A DNA stretch of 64,000 bases from Eledone cirrhosa (GCA_964016885.1 OZ024746.1:38192001-38256000), one strand, 5' to 3'. Shown: positions 40,501 to 54,786, counted from the first letter of the stretch. Program-made: numbers and translations. The notes: generated by a model from the sequence alone, not told the origin.

Positions 40501-41371
40501 TCAATACTTTCTGAAGAACCAAACTCCATTCTTTTGTTTATCATACAGTAATTTGACCATAATTGCTTTTTACTAACTGTAAAGTTACAATTTGTGGGGA
40601 AAGTGCTTAGATGTTTAAATTCATACCCCATGAAAATGCATTGCTTTAAAAGCGTAATGGGTATGGTAATGTACAAACAGCCGTAAAACCTAGGGTGCGT
40701 GCGTTGTAATCATCACGGTATACTTGTATAACTAAGACACTTAATTTCAATAACATGGTTCACTTAACTACATATGTATGGCCGGCAGTATTCAATGGCA
40801 GTACTGTAAAATTAATTTTTAGCATTGGCAAAAGGTCATGATGTTTGGTGAGGCGTATAGTCGATTAAATCCTTCGCAGTAAATAGATTCTGTAACGAAA
40901 ATGTCAAACGGTTTTTAAATAGACCTGGAGTGTATTTCTCTCTTTAATCACAATATTGATTCCTCATTATCTTACAAATTCATCAGCCTGCCTGATAATT
41001 AATCACGATTTTAATAATTTCGCTTGGCTAATGATTTTTCTTTAACTTTTGTTGGGGAGAGGAGGTTTCGAAAATGCTAAACCTGTAAATATATATGTGT
41101 TTAGTAAATACATTGACTGCATAATTGCAGAGCGTTTAGAAGTATTTATGATTTGGCAAATATTTATCAGGACTGTTTATTTCTTGGCATCTTCACCGGG
41201 GGCTGTTGCAAGCATTCTGACCTGATCTCTGGTTTGAGGAAACGTGCTCATTCCTACACCTTTAACTCTGGTCTTGTGATGTTTTAATCCCTTTCCACAC
41301 CAGTTTATGCATCCTTGCAAGAGAGTTCACTGATAACTGCTACTTTTCCTTTTTTTGCCTGAACAATAATA

Positions 41372-41593
41372 ATAGTTTCTGATTTAGGCACAAGGCCAAC
41401 AATTTTGAGCGGGGTGAAACTCGTTTAAATTGACCACAGTGCGTTAATGGTACTTTATGTTATAAATCCTTTAGGGATCAAATGTAAGACTAACCTTGGT
41501 AGGATTTGAATTCAGAATATAAAGGCCTGTACTTTTCTATGCCGTAAAGCATGTTATCGGACGCTCCACCTATATTGCCAATCCATCACCCTT
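41372..41593 (-). mobile_element. tRNA-derived SINE, diverged
   Basis: Reverse complement of the SINE consensus (TTAGGCACAAGGCC..GGTACTTTAT..GGATTTGAATTCAGA..TGCCAATCCA). Confidence 0.75.
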
Positions 41594-42199
41594 GACTGAA
41601 CAATAATAATCAAAATACTGTGGTTTGTATTCTTGAACAATTGAATATATATTAAATGTGTTGTTGATCAAGAGTTAGGACGGTATTTTCTATATTTGAA
41701 TGTATGTTAAAATATTCTAGCATAAATATTTAAAATATATTTCTTTAAAAATATTAATGTTTCATTGTGATTTCTTCCAAAATAATCGGCCTCTGGTAGA
41801 AATAGCAGTTCTATAATTGGAGAGAATTCCTATCGCAACAATGTGTTTAGTAACACTATAACAAAACACTATTCACCAGGATTTTTATCGTGAAGTTCGC
41901 GCTAATGAATTCAATGTGGAGAATCAAAAATAGTTAATTAAAACTGCAAGAGAAAAAAAAAACATTATATAACTGACTAAATCTTATCAAGAAAATCTGC
42001 AAGGAAATAATAACAGTTAATTCACAAAATATTGTTGTGGGTTCGTATAAATGTGTGCACGTGCGTGTGTGTTTGTATGTGATTGTGTGTGTTGGTGTCT
42101 TATCTTTATCAATATTGTGCTAACTCTGGATATATATCTGTATTATGAGAGACCAGAAAACTGTTAAGGCCGGATCTTAGAATAGCAAACGAAGAAATT

Positions 42200-42920
42200 G
42201 TTTTATTGCGACGACTTTGACGCAATAGTTTCCAATTCTAATTTCAGGTTTCTTTGAATGTTTGAATTAGTTCAGTGTTTCGTTAATTTGGTTAATTGAT
42301 TTTCCTTTTTCCATGTATAAGTTTTTGGTAGAGCACCACGCAATACTTCTACAGAAAAATATATCCCGGAGGTCTTTTTTTCTGGCGGTGATATAATCCA
42401 ATATGTGTCCATTTTGTGGATAACGTTTTGTGGGAAGAAATCATTGCACATAACTATCTCAAACTCAGTGTATAGATGCAAGACTTGAGGACCATTGTTA
42501 CTGACCTTACCCATGCCATAATGTTCTAAAGTACTCCAGATTTAGTAGTTAATTTCCACATGTACAATCAAATCTCCAACTGCAACATATTATCAGCATG
42601 TGGAAATGGGGTTATACATCCTCGTAAATTTGGTAAAAGCATATGATTGTTTCGTAGCTCTTATCTGGGATAGAACCATACATGTAAATGATAGTTATGA
42701 AACGACCTTTTTGATAGAGCAACCCTCATCGATCGCCAATGTGTTGAAGCTGTTCCAGCAGTTTTGTGATCTCTGTGCGAACAGCATATCCAATGCTTCC
42801 ATTCTCTTTTTCCTTATTCTACTTACCTTTCGGATAAAACGTATAGCTGTTATCACTAAGACGGATGTCAGAGAATGTGGTGATATTGATTTCATACCCA
42901 TCCAATTTTCTGCCTAAAAT
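42200..42920 (-). pseudogene. Heavily decayed RTE-type LINE APE endonuclease domain
   Basis: Reading through stops: LDGYEINITTFSDIRL..YTFYPKGK..IGYAVR..GRFITIIYMY..FY..HYGMGKVSNNGPQVLHLYTEFEIVMCNDFFPQ..HK. This follows the RTE APE order (IDIAALSETRL..GVGFAV..TIISAYAPT..HGxGKxNxNG..NTFF..HK). Confidence 0.65.
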
Positions 42921-44256
42921 AGGAGTTCTAACATTCCGCCTATCAACATTTAACTATTATTCTTTCTCCACTGACCAGTTTAAATAGTTTAAACATATCT
43001 TCCATATTAAGCAGTTACATATATTATGGTCATCCTTAGATTACTTTATTCCGACTTTCCTTATCCACACATTTTCCTTTCATCCTCTGATCTGTTCTGA
43101 AAACATTCTTCTCTCAGTTTCTTTAGGTCGTCAAAGAGCCAATATTGTATAATTCACGCACTTTTATCACAGAAACGCCACTGTCTATTCATACCAGAAG
43201 TTTAACTTAATATATAAGTGACAATGTTCAATAGTTCCGCTTTGTACACCGATAAGTACTTTCTTTATGCATTGGAACCATTGCAAAATGTGCCTGAATT
43301 AGATTAGTAATCCCAGAAAAAATGTGTGATGTGTCTAAGGCGGCCAAGAAAAATCTGGTGACAGGTCGTTGTGCCGAACCAGAGATTCTGTCCAAATTAG
43401 GAATGCAGCTAGGTTACAAGATGCTAGATTAGTGAAGATTCTCTCTACTACACTCGTTTACATTGCACACATTCATATGAAATTACATAATTACATAAAT
43501 GCAGAAAATGTTGATAAAAACTTAAATACTGATGTCCGGTTATGTTTGTGCGTGGGTTATTATAGGAATGCATGTGTGCATATGTAAATATTTTAAGTTT
43601 TAGCTACCTTCATACCAAAGAATGTATATTTGCTTATATGCAAGCGGGATGTCAATGTAGGTGGGCGTCACATATGCACTATGGGGATTTTTTGATGTGT
43701 GAATATCAATGATGACCAATCTAGTACATTATCATCAATTCTAATTAATTCTCCTTATTAATCTTCACTTTCAAATAGTTAAAAAAACTAAGCCGAAAAG
43801 GAACTTCCAGGGGAAATAAACACAGAAGACTAATCCTATATCCAACCAATCAACAACACATATTAACGCTACAAAATCAGTCCCAACAGAATAATGTTTA
43901 AAAAACAATTAATTCATTATACGAATTAAAATAGATAAATTTAAGCTATGTTTACAATTTCTAATGTATTATTTATAATGTTCACTCGCTAAAGATTCGT
44001 CTAAACAGAAATATGAATTATTTATCGAGACATTTTATTAGATAACACCTCAGCTACACACTTTTCAGTATCTCACACAGCGTCTATCAGTTCATCATAT
44101 TAATTTACATATTAATCGTATACATTTTTTTTATGAAATTTCTTCCACAACTCACTCCTTTTCTCAAATAATTAAGAGTAACTTGGCGGTTAGTAAATAC
44201 CTTTCCCACTTTACTCTACATAACAGCCTTTTAATCTATACTACATGGTAATAATG

Positions 44257-44425
44257 GATTCTGATTTAGTCACTAAGCCAACAAATATCGGGGTGGGGAA
44301 AGTCGATTGAATAGACCTCAGTGCGTTACTGGCAGATTATTGTATTGACCTCGTAAGGATGAAAGACAAAGCTAACCTCGGCGGGATTTGAGTTCAGAAC
44401 GTAAAGTGACGTAATTCTACGCCGT
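44257..44425 (-). mobile_element. tRNA-derived SINE, diverged, 5' part missing
   Basis: AAGGATGAAAGACAAAGCTAACCTCGGCGGGATTTGAGTTCAGAACGTAAAG is the reverse complement of the SINE core. Confidence 0.75.
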
Positions 44426-44797
44426 TTATTACATAGTAATGATATATACATAATAATTCGCATAATATACAATGATTTAAATACATTGAAACAGATAACG
44501 CATATTTACATATCACTTATACATAGATTTACAACGCCCACTTTGCAAACCATTACGTAAACAGAATTTTATGATAGTAGGATGACGAAGTAAATTCTAT
44601 AAACAAACATGTTACTCTTTAAACAGGTTTAACTACTCGTATATAACGCAAATTAAGAAAGCAAAACAATATCTAACCCCATTGCAACCTACCCCAAACA
44701 TATTTACGAAATACATTATTTCTTAATTTAATGTCATTGCGAATACTCGTTAACTTTTGTAGATTTTCTTATATATATATGTATATATATATATATT

Positions 44798-44887
<90 letters not shown>

Positions 44888-44937
44888 TATATTATATAAA
44901 TCAACAAAGAAGCCTTTAATACATTAAAAATCTTTAT

Positions 44938-44982
44938 TCGCTGACAATGTTTCGTCCCAGTAATTAGGACTCTTCTGAGCAA
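44938..44982 (-). ncRNA. Type I hammerhead motif with CAGAAGA core, ~45 nt from a (TA)n run
   Basis: Minus strand: TTGCT-CAGAAGA-GTCC/taattactg/GGAC-GAAA-CATTG-TC-AGCGA. All three stems pair, with a GUC cleavage triplet. Confidence 0.75.
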
Positions 44983-47900
44983 GGAAAAGACAAATAATAT
45001 CAACGGCTAGAACAAGCCAAAATTCAGAAGAATAGAGAAATAGAAAAATAGAAATTTAAATGTTACATTATAAGATATAATATGCAGGTAATATAAAATT
45101 GCCTATATCTCTATACATCTTATCGTATATTTGCTATACGCTCATTTATTTTTATTTTATTTTATCGGTATTTATCGGTAAATATTTACCTGTTATATTT
45201 CATTATTTATTGTCTATTATATATTCTTTACCATATATATATTTTTTTACCATACTTTATTTTATTTTATTTTATTTTATGGTATTATTTTTTACCCTGT
45301 GGTATACGTTATGTTTTTATACATGTTATGTTGACTTTGCATGGTACGTTGGAAGTATTTATGTTTTTTAATGTCAATATTTCTTTGATTTTAGTATTGT
45401 TTAATCACACCGTCAGGGTGATTATTCTATTATAGTGCATATAGATATATATTTGTGTTAATATGTGTATGTGTAAATGTGTATATGTGTGTGTATATAT
45501 ATGTTAGTGTGTGTGTATATATATATATTAAATTTTATTTCTGTATGATATATTGCATTGTATTGTATATTACATTATATTTTTTATATCATATTTCTCG
45601 GATTATATTACTATGTTGTATTTCGAGTATTGGACACATATTGTACTTTTAACGTGGCTATTTTAATGTTTGCTTGCTCTCTTGCCCTATAGTTTTTATG
45701 TACCAATGTACCCTATTAGGTTAGACACGTCTTTCCTAGATTTGATAACCGGTTGAAATGTATATCACATGCTTTTTAATTTACAGGGGCATACGTATAT
45801 TTGATTTACTGACATGTCTATATACTGTAAATGTGTTACATGATAAACATACTTACCCCCGCTGAAAGCATACTCTTTTGCTCCATTACTTTAATTAAAA
45901 TACATCTAGATATTAGTGCACTTATATGTGAGAGTAAAAGAAAAATGAAAAATAATAAACTAGAAATACTTTGTATTATATCATTAGTGGTTATATCGAC
46001 AGAATTTTCCATAACTATATAATGTTTGATATTTTCAGAAAATGAAGTAAAAGTGAATATTATCATATCATTGTATTCTAGAACAACTAACTCAGGGTTT
46101 CAGAGCCATGATATAGTTAAGTAATATAGTTAAGTGTATTCCATTTCGCACAGACAGCGAATTGACAGATTCGTTAGAACGTCGCAAATGCTTTGCGGCA
46201 TTCGTTTCGAATATCTACTCTCTGAGTTCAAATCCTGCCGAGATCAATTTTGGTTTCATCCATCCAAAGCTAGTATTGGGGGTGGGGGTCGATTATTCTT
46301 CTATATATATTTCTCACTTTCATTCTCTCTAGAAGAAACCTGTGTATTCAGACCTGGAAATCTGGCCCGAAAGATTGCAAAACTGACGACCCGATAAATG
46401 CAGGAATGTGATAGGTGACATTAGATTACGGCTATCATCGAAAATGAACGACGATCTCAGTTCGAAACTATGGTAGAACATTTTTAATTAGGTGGACATT
46501 CACGTTGAGCTAAATTTTACTTTATGCACATGTTCTGAGACATACGAGGTTATTTTGATGCCCAAGCCGAAGTAAACAATTAAGTACCAGTCACATACTG
46601 CAGATAAAGTGTATAAGTATATTTTTCTTTATAACTCTTGAATTCATGTGCCTATATTTTGAAATCCTTAATATTACTGTCATAACCACCATTGCCATGA
46701 CCAACTTTCTTATCTTCAAATTTTGATCATTACCACCATCATAATTGTCTTCATCATCACCATCATCATCATCATCATTCACCATCATCGGTAATATCAT
46801 TCGTATCGTCAACAACATCATTATCATCATCGTCATAGTAACATACAAACCACAATTTTTAAGAAGGCTCTAATCTAATTGCTATCCAGTATAATAATTA
46901 CAAGTTATAAACAGACAATACAAAAAAAAACAAAAAATGTCTCCCAAAAATAGATCCTTCCAATGATATTTTGATATATTCGATGCATACTCTAATAAAA
47001 AAAAAAATATCTTGTATTAATTTTGGTTCCTCAAGTTTGTCTTTGGTTTCGTTTTACTTTTATTTGTTCACATATTTCGCTGTTGTTGTTGCATTTTATT
47101 TTCTTCGTTCTTTTCTTTTGCTATCGTCATTTTCCTTTTATCCTTTCATTCATTCGTTCAAGAAAAAAACGTACCGTTAATGCTTAATGGCGTCTAATGG
47201 CTTGAATGATCTGCCATTTTTGAAATGTCCATATATTTGTATGTTTCATTAGGTGCACTTAGAAGGAGAAAACGAGATCGAAAATGTAGTAAATGGTGTT
47301 AAAGATGAGAACCAGCGTTAACATCAACAACAGCAAGTGTAATAGCAATAAAATAAGAAATAATTAAAGTAAATGGGTTGCAAATTCAAAGAAAAAAGCG
47401 CACACAAAATCTGCAAAAAAGATTATATGTAATGCAGCCACGGGGGGAGAAGGCTGGTATATTTAGAGGGTGCATATATGCGCATGTTACATCTAATGAT
47501 TAGTCCACACATACATACACAAAAGGCAAATATATATACAAAAACACATTCTAATACCTAAAATGTGTTCATACATAAAGATCATTTAATTATTCCTGAT
47601 TGAAATATGCGTATGCGTTTGTGTATGAGAATATTGATTTTATATGTATGTATGTATGTATACGAATTTATATAAAGTAAGGATGAATGAATTTAGGGTG
47701 GCATTGTTAACAAACTTTATTACCATATACTATTTGATTCGATATCCATCAGCACGGGGTAAGTTCATGATCACGGGGCCTGACCAGGTATCAGCATCGC
47801 ATCAGATATGCGGGTTCATACGCGCAGAACACAATCGAACTCTTGAAAGCAGCCAGGTGATCCCTTTATGTACACTTATTTGCCGGTGTAGAAGAAGATA

Positions 47901-48173
47901 GGTAAACCATCTGTAACTGTATTTATACATATCACTTCCATATATAATTATATATATATATATTAGAAACCCCTTTTCTAGTAAGGGTTCTATACAAAAC
48001 AGTGGATATAGAGAAAAGATGAAGTTGGAAACAGCACGGGAGATATATTTAAGGGTCTGTTTTTCTTTTTTGATTTGTCACAGTAACATTATTGAAAATA
48101 TAATGTTATTAAAAAAGAGAGGGACAATGAATTTAAAAAATTTGTTTTCATGAAGTATATAAAGTATATGAAG

Positions 48174-48216
48174 ACATTACCGGTTTCGATGTATTAAAAT
48201 CCATCTTGTCAAATGT
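48174..48216 (-). ncRNA. Degenerate minimal hammerhead motif in (TA)n-anchored element starting ~47964
   Basis: Minus strand: ACAT-TTGACAA-GATG/loop/CATC-GAAA-CCGG-TA-ATGT; two core substitutions relative to CTGANGA. Confidence 0.6.
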
Positions 48217-48376
48217 AGAGTGTAAAAAATTAAAATGAGTTGATAGGAGTAAAAAACGAAAGGTTTAAAATTCAAATCAAAACAAATCGAATGTTTGAAT
48301 AATTTTTCTTCCATGCTGCTTGTTGAAAGGTAGTGTGATATGAGAACAGTACTTGTTTTTTTTTCTTTTCTCTTTA

Positions 48377-48710
48377 AAATTCAGAAAATTGTCAAAAGTT
48401 AAGAACTAAAATACAAAGGATTCCCAGAATCCAAAAATTTAAAAATTAAGAAAAATTAAGAAAACTTCCAAAAATATTTTTTTAAATATTTTTCAAAAGA
48501 AACTTTTAAAAAATGTTTAAAAAAATTAAAAAATATTTTCAAAACGAGACACAGTTCGTGTATATATAAATGAATGAATAAGTAAATAAATACATACACA
48601 CACAGAGGGAATTAATTAACATTTTTTTCTACAAAATTCAGAAAATTGTCAAAAGTTAAAGGCTAAGAACCAAAAGATTCTCAAAATCCAAAAGTTTAAA
48701 CATCAGAAAA
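48377..48710. repeat. Two ~80-bp direct repeats (48377-48455, 48633-48710)
   Basis: AAAATTCAGAAAATTGTCAAAAGTTAA...GATTC.CA.AATCCAAAA.TTTAAA occurs twice. Confidence 0.7.
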
Positions 48711-49796
48711 TAAGGTTTCTCTCTTAAAAAATGTTTTCTTTGATGAAGACCAGAGTATCAGTAGCAGTAGCTTCTGCACTGGGCAATGTTTTTCGTTATG
48801 TACATTTCAAAGCCTTAAAGTGTCTGATATATAATTATATATACGTACGAGAACGTAAGAAAATCTACTGAAGCAAATGTAAATCATAATCGTACAATCA
48901 ATCTTACACACCATACACATTTCGCACCAACCATAAATTAACTCAAACACATTCTTCAAACACCATACATTCCAGTTTCACCATAGGGCATTAAGTGGAA
49001 GACAGAAAAAAAATTACGATTTCAGTTATTTTTCAATTACACTTTCACTCTTTAATTTAAATATCAAACAATAACGTTAAACTTAAATCTTAACCCTAAC
49101 GCATGGAAATGTATACATATAAGCGCATAACAAGGTTGAGTCACCAGGCTATACATAAAAATACCATATAGATAGGTGTAATCATGCAGAGAATTATACG
49201 ATGCACAGTCATTCGCACGCATACGTGCATTAGCATTTCACAAACATACACACCACAGATAGACAAAGAAAAAAACGATAAGGTAACAAGAGCACCATCG
49301 ACACGAGAAATAAATACACTGCACCAAAACCTCATTACGAACATCACATAATTAATGAGGAAAGGGCCTTTACAAATAAATAACCATCATGCTTCTAGAC
49401 CAACCAGTAAATTTGTTAGTTACCTGAGTTGTAATTGCTTCTAATTTAGGCACAATGCCAGCCGTGTTGGAGTATGATCGATAGCATAGACTCCAATATT
49501 TGACTGGTACTTTATTTTATGGACCTCCGAAGAATGATATGATCTCAAAAAGCAAATTGACAGGACTGTTGAACCACCTCCGTCTTTACCTGACTAATAT
49601 AAGACGAGGATAAATTCAAATGGTGTGTCTTTTATTGGGATCATGATCATACTTATATCTATATATATTAAATTGTTAATCTGGAGCTTCATTAGTGAGA
49701 ACACATTTGAAATTCAAGATTACCAAAACTTATCACTAAACCATAATAAAACTATTATTAAAGTTCGGTATTGATTAATCATGCTCACGTCCGTCT

Positions 49797-49827
<31 letters not shown>

Positions 49828-49865
49828 CATACATATTTATGTATACACATACATAAATATCTATA

Positions 49866-49968
<103 letters not shown>

Positions 49969-49986
49969 TTAGATATATAGATATAT

Positions 49987-50180
49987 AACGAAGGAGTTGT
50001 GGTAAGGAACCAGATGGACCATAACGCACCAGAGCACTCAATACTTAGGGTAGTAGAGTGGGTAATAGGAGAAAGTATGAACCCGGCGGCAGAGCTGAAG
50101 CCGTTTCGACGGGTATTTCTGGACTAGAAATAGTCGTCGAAACGGCTTGAGCTCTGCCGTCGGGGTCATACTTTCTCCTA
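49987..50180 (-). mobile_element. Non-coding fold-back mini-element: ~46-bp inverted repeat (50065-50110 / 50135-50180) + ~78-nt tail, in (TA)n
   Basis: ATAGGAGAAAGTATGAACCCGGCGGCAGAGCTGAAGCCGTTTCGAC versus GTCGAAACGGCTTGAGCTCTGCCGTCGGGGTCATACTTTCTCCTAT; the centre is a TATTTCT/AGAAATA hairpin. Confidence 0.75.
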
Positions 50181-50495
50181 TATATATATATATATATATT
50201 CATTAGTTAAGCAAAACAAGACCACAAATTTCACAAGGAAGACATTATTAAAAGATTGTCAACATATTTAGTTTGATGTAAGGAATGTAGAGAATAATAA
50301 TAATAATAATATTAATAATAATAATGCTCTGCGCACCTAACCTCTGCATGAACCCAGCCACCTAGCTGCTGTCTACTGCATATTGCACATTGAGCACATG
50401 CCTTTACGCTTTGGCTTCTAACTAACTCACCAATCTTTCCTCTCATATCTCCTCTACTATCTCAATCTCTCTCTTTAAGATTGGTTACTCTTGAA

Positions 50496-50593
<98 letters not shown>

Positions 50594-50861
50594 CGGATGG
50601 TTGTTGAGTGTTAAACAAACCAGTGGTTACTGGATATCTCTAATAATACGTGAAAGTTTATTAGCATGTTAAAATTTAAAATTTCCCCGATTCATTACTC
50701 AAACATCAAATAGATTTGAAACTATTTGTTGTTATCTTGCATGAATTTGCAGTAATGAATCTGTGAAATTACATATCTTACAACACATTACAACCATAAA
50801 TACCCCGACCTGGTGGCAAATATATTTATATAGACACCACATTCTCAAACACAAAATGCAT

Positions 50862-50893
<32 letters not shown>

Positions 50894-50966
50894 GTACATA
50901 TATATATGTATATATATATATGTGTATATATATGTATATATATATATATGTGTATATATATATATT

Positions 50967-51009
<43 letters not shown>

Positions 51010-51597
51010 TCATGTGTATATTATGTATATTCATATATAAATATATATGTGTGTATGTGTGTGTCGGGCGGGGTGTACAATGCAGTATCATATTAACATA
51101 TTGTAATTCATTCAAACTGCAGCTACATTTTCAAGTTTCTCTGTTATATCAAACTTTATATCATGGCTGTTCTATACATATCTAAGTGTTCATTTACGCT
51201 ACTAATCCATAATCAGACATCTCTTCGAATAACGAAAAATTCCTCTTACATTTTGATGAGATTAAATAGCATATTAAAGGGGATATGTTCCAAATATAAT
51301 CAATTCAGAACAGCCTCATCATTATCGTTGCAACCATATTCGAAAATTTCAGACAAAGTATTTCCACAATTCACAATTTTCCATTGCTCCTGGCAACTGA
51401 TCCCTAATGACTTTTTTTTTATCTTCTGAGATTTGAGCAGGTCTTTCTTTTCTGTATCTTACGAGAGGTGTTTCTCATAATAGTGGCTTGTGTATAACTT
51501 CTTGCTTACATCTTCAGCAATACCATGCAAATCATAAATGTCTTTGTGTAATTGTAGTTATTATCTAGGGCAAGCTTCCGTATAAACTTTCATTATA

Positions 51598-51775
51598 TGG
51601 CAGTAGCGGTAGAGGGTTGGATGTTATGCTTTTCAGCAACGAGTTACGGCTCTCTATCGTCTGAGTTTAAATCCCGCCGACGTTAACTTTGACTATTATC
51701 CTTACGGGGTCGATGAAATAAAGTACTAGTAATGCACTGGGATAATTGCTGGCATTGTGCCAAATGTAGAAATAA
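51598..51775 (+). mobile_element. tRNA-derived SINE
   Basis: Matches the SINE consensus. Confidence 0.8.
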
Positions 51776-51787
51776 TTATATATATAT

Positions 51788-52022
51788 ATATTTATTAAAA
51801 TAACAGATTAAAGTTTAAGCAAAGAATCGGTGCTTTCGCCCTTAACGGGATCTTCTGAAACTCAGTTTCAGAAGATCCCGTTAAGGGTGAAAGCAGCGAT
51901 TCTTTGCTTAAACTTTAATCTGTTATTTTAATAAATATTTGCTCTACGGTTCTTATATATTTGATATATATTTATCCTTATCGAGCCCTCTTTGGATTTA
52001 GTCTTCAAATTTATTGTTATTA
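51788..52022. mobile_element. PLE family 2 non-coding fold-back mini-element: 75-bp inverted repeat (51788-51862 / 51864-51938) + ~84-nt tail
   Basis: Arms differ at ~2 positions with a 1-nt centre; the sequence matches the pLTR at 28295-28457; (TA)n on both sides. Confidence 0.85.
51864..51914 (+). ncRNA. Family 2 type I hammerhead variant (CAGAAGA core); mirror copy 51812-51862, minus
   Basis: AGTTT-CAGAAGA-TCCC/gttaa/GGGT-GAAA-GCA/gcgattctt/TGC-TT-AAACT. Confidence 0.65.
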
Positions 52023-52049
52023 TATTATATATATATATAATATATAATA

Positions 52050-52115
<66 letters not shown>

Positions 52116-52123
<8 letters not shown>

Positions 52124-52389
52124 ATACTTGGGGAGGGTCATATTGTTGTAATAATATTGCCAGAATTAATAACAGAACACACTCACTGTTTGGTTGGTTT
52201 TCGTTTCTCTATCTTTTATATCTGCACAGTTAATTCATTTGGTCCGAACTGACTAACGGTCAAAGACACATATATAATATAGATATAAACACATATATAT
52301 ATTCTAATAAAGATCTTTCGTTGCACATCTACAACATCATCAGTGGTACTATTATATTCCTCCTGTTGTATTGTATGTCTACGCCATTT
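52116..52389 (-). mobile_element. Diverged solo pLTR of PLE family 1 with hammerhead (~52303-52348)
   Basis: Collinear with 8386-8690. Minus strand: CTGATGA-T-GTTGTA/gatg/TGCAAC-GAAA-GATC-TT, with palindromic AAAGATCTTT. Confidence 0.85.
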
Positions 52390-53756
52390 GACGCTAGTTT
52401 ATGTTTTGTACAACCCTAAACATTCAGTACATAGATCTACAAAATTCATAAAACTTTATGATCAACCAATATTTTCTCCGGATATATTGGGACATCATTA
52501 ACTAGTATCTGAATTGCTTAATGATACACGATGTATTTTGCTAATGTAATCCACGTTCGTTGCATTGTCTCTCATATATTTTGATTGTCATCACTTCGTC
52601 ACTCTTCTGTGCACGTGTTTGTGAAAATGTCACATAGAATTACTCGTGTTAACCCTATATACCAAAGTTTCTAGTAATGGGATTTTGGTTTATCCATACT
52701 GATGTGCATATAAAATTAGCCACTTATACTACTGTTGATGGAATTTTCAATACGGTGCAATAGTGAGTTCACCATAATGAGTTTACCATACTTCCAGCCT
52801 TCAGTATGAAGAATAATTTAAATGCTGATGCTAATAGCATCAGCATTACAGCAACATAATTGAGACTGACGTGATTGAAACAAAAACACTCTATTAGTGA
52901 TAAGCAAGAAATACAAATAAGTAGGTTTCCATTACTATTTTTTATTATAAACAGCTTATGGTTGTTCCATGGAGATGGGGCTTGACAATATAAACTAATT
53001 CTACTACTCAATAGATGTAGAAACTGCTTTACTAAACAAAGGCGCACCAGTTTCAATATACAAACGCTGTGAAAAGCAATTAAACGTTACAGTATGTGAT
53101 CCGACTGGTTGACGGAAATATCGATGTTTCCTCCTTTTTTTCATGTAGTGAGATTAGTGGATGAAACAAAATATATAATGCTTAACTTTAACTAGTTTTA
53201 AACGATTACAATATATTGTAGATTCACAATTAATACACATAATAGGAAAAGATATTTTCATGAATACACTACAGCGTACACATCTATATTAGGATTCAAA
53301 CTTTCATCAAATTAATTATATTGAATACTAAATAATTGATACTAAAATTTAGTAATACAAAACAAAATAAAATATGTAACATACAGTACTCATTCATTGT
53401 AAGTAATCCACTACGGGTGATGAATAATAACTCTGAAATACATGTATACATCGTCCTTATAAGTTTTAGTCACAGCAAGAGAAAAATATGATTTATTATA
53501 GATCAACATATTGTGTATTGGTTCTATATAAGCCTGTATTCTGAATCAGATCGTGTGAGTGCTTTTACTAAGCCAGCAAAGCTTCTAAACAAGCTTTTTA
53601 CGAGAAGAGTTTGTTCACAAAGTCTATAGGAATATAGAGTCTTTCATATCTCGGAATTTCGGCGCACGTAAGCGTCTGCTGATTATTAATAATAACACTG
53701 CAATGTTCTTTTCTTATATATATATGTGTGTGTGTGTGTGTGTCCGTGTCCTCCCC

Positions 53757-53819
53757 TTATATTTTAAGATGACCTCCCCTTACTCCAAGAGGGTAAGGGG
53801 AGGTCATCTTAAAATATAA
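53757..53819. repeat. 27-bp perfect inverted repeat (hairpin)
   Basis: TTATATTTTAAGATGACCTCCCCTTAC - 9 nt - GTAAGGGGAGGTCATCTTAAAATATAA. Confidence 0.8.
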
Positions 53820-53847
53820 AACAATATACACGCTGGTCATATATATG

Positions 53848-53995
53848 TTTTCTAACTTTAGCTCAAGGCTAGCTATTTGCGGGAAGAGGAAAGTCGATTG
53901 TATCGACCCAAGAACTTATCTAGTACTATATTTTCCACCCTGAAGATTGAAATGGGATGGTAAACCCAGCCAGATTAGAACTCAGAACGTAAAGA
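53848..53995 (-). mobile_element. Diverged SINE copy (other diverged or partial copies at ~46152-46270 +, ~49433-49535 -, ~55795-55985 +)
   Basis: Partial matches to the SINE core and tail (CAAGGCTAGC, AAAGTCGATT, GAACTCAGAACGTAAAG). Confidence 0.55.
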
Positions 53996-54519
53996 ACACA
54001 CATTGTCTTATCTCGCCCACTAATCATACAACAAGTTTAGTGCCCTAATATTTTTCCAAGTATTAGATTCAAATGTTATCGTGTTTCGTTCTATTCGCAA
54101 CCGAATTGATAGCCACAACATATTTTCAATAGCATCACAATTTAATTCGAGTCTTTTGATGCAACTGTTGCCACCGATTTTGTTGCTATTTCTGTTGACA
54201 TTTTTTATTGTTGGTATTTTTGTGGCTTCTATCATAAATTATTTCAACTTTTGTTTTCTTTTCGTCTTCCAGCCCTCTCCCACCCACCTCTCTTTTGTCG
54301 GTCGTCAACGTGTCGTCTGTCTAAAGGCGTTATTATTTGAAATTGCTTCTGACATTCATTTTCAATCATTGATTTTTCCAACACCTCCACTTCTCTTATT
54401 CTCCTCCACCACCATATCTTCATCCATTTTAGCATCATCAAAGCATCATCATCATCAGCATCATAGCATCATCACCATCATAGCATCATTATCTTACTAT
54501 CGACATCAGAAACGTCATA

Positions 54520-54630
54520 ACGGTGGCAGTGGTAGTGGTGGTGGTCGAGGTGGTGGTAATGGTGATTCTGGTGGTGTTCTGGTGGTGCTGATGTTGTTGT
54601 TATCGGTGGTGGTGGTTTTGATGAATCAAG

Positions 54631-54683
<53 letters not shown>

Positions 54684-54786
54684 AGTGATAGTGGTAGTAG
54701 CAGTGGTAGTAGTAGTAGTAGTAGTGGTAGTGGTAGTGGTAGTGGTGGTAGTAGTAGTAGCAGTAGTAGTAGTAGAAGTAGTAGTG

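Noticed and set aside
42827-42913. Perfect-looking 87-nt exon on minus (ttttag|...AAG|gtaagt)
   Set aside because: Reading past the donor in frame continues as a decayed RTE APE endonuclease, so it is LINE debris (exonisation is not excluded).
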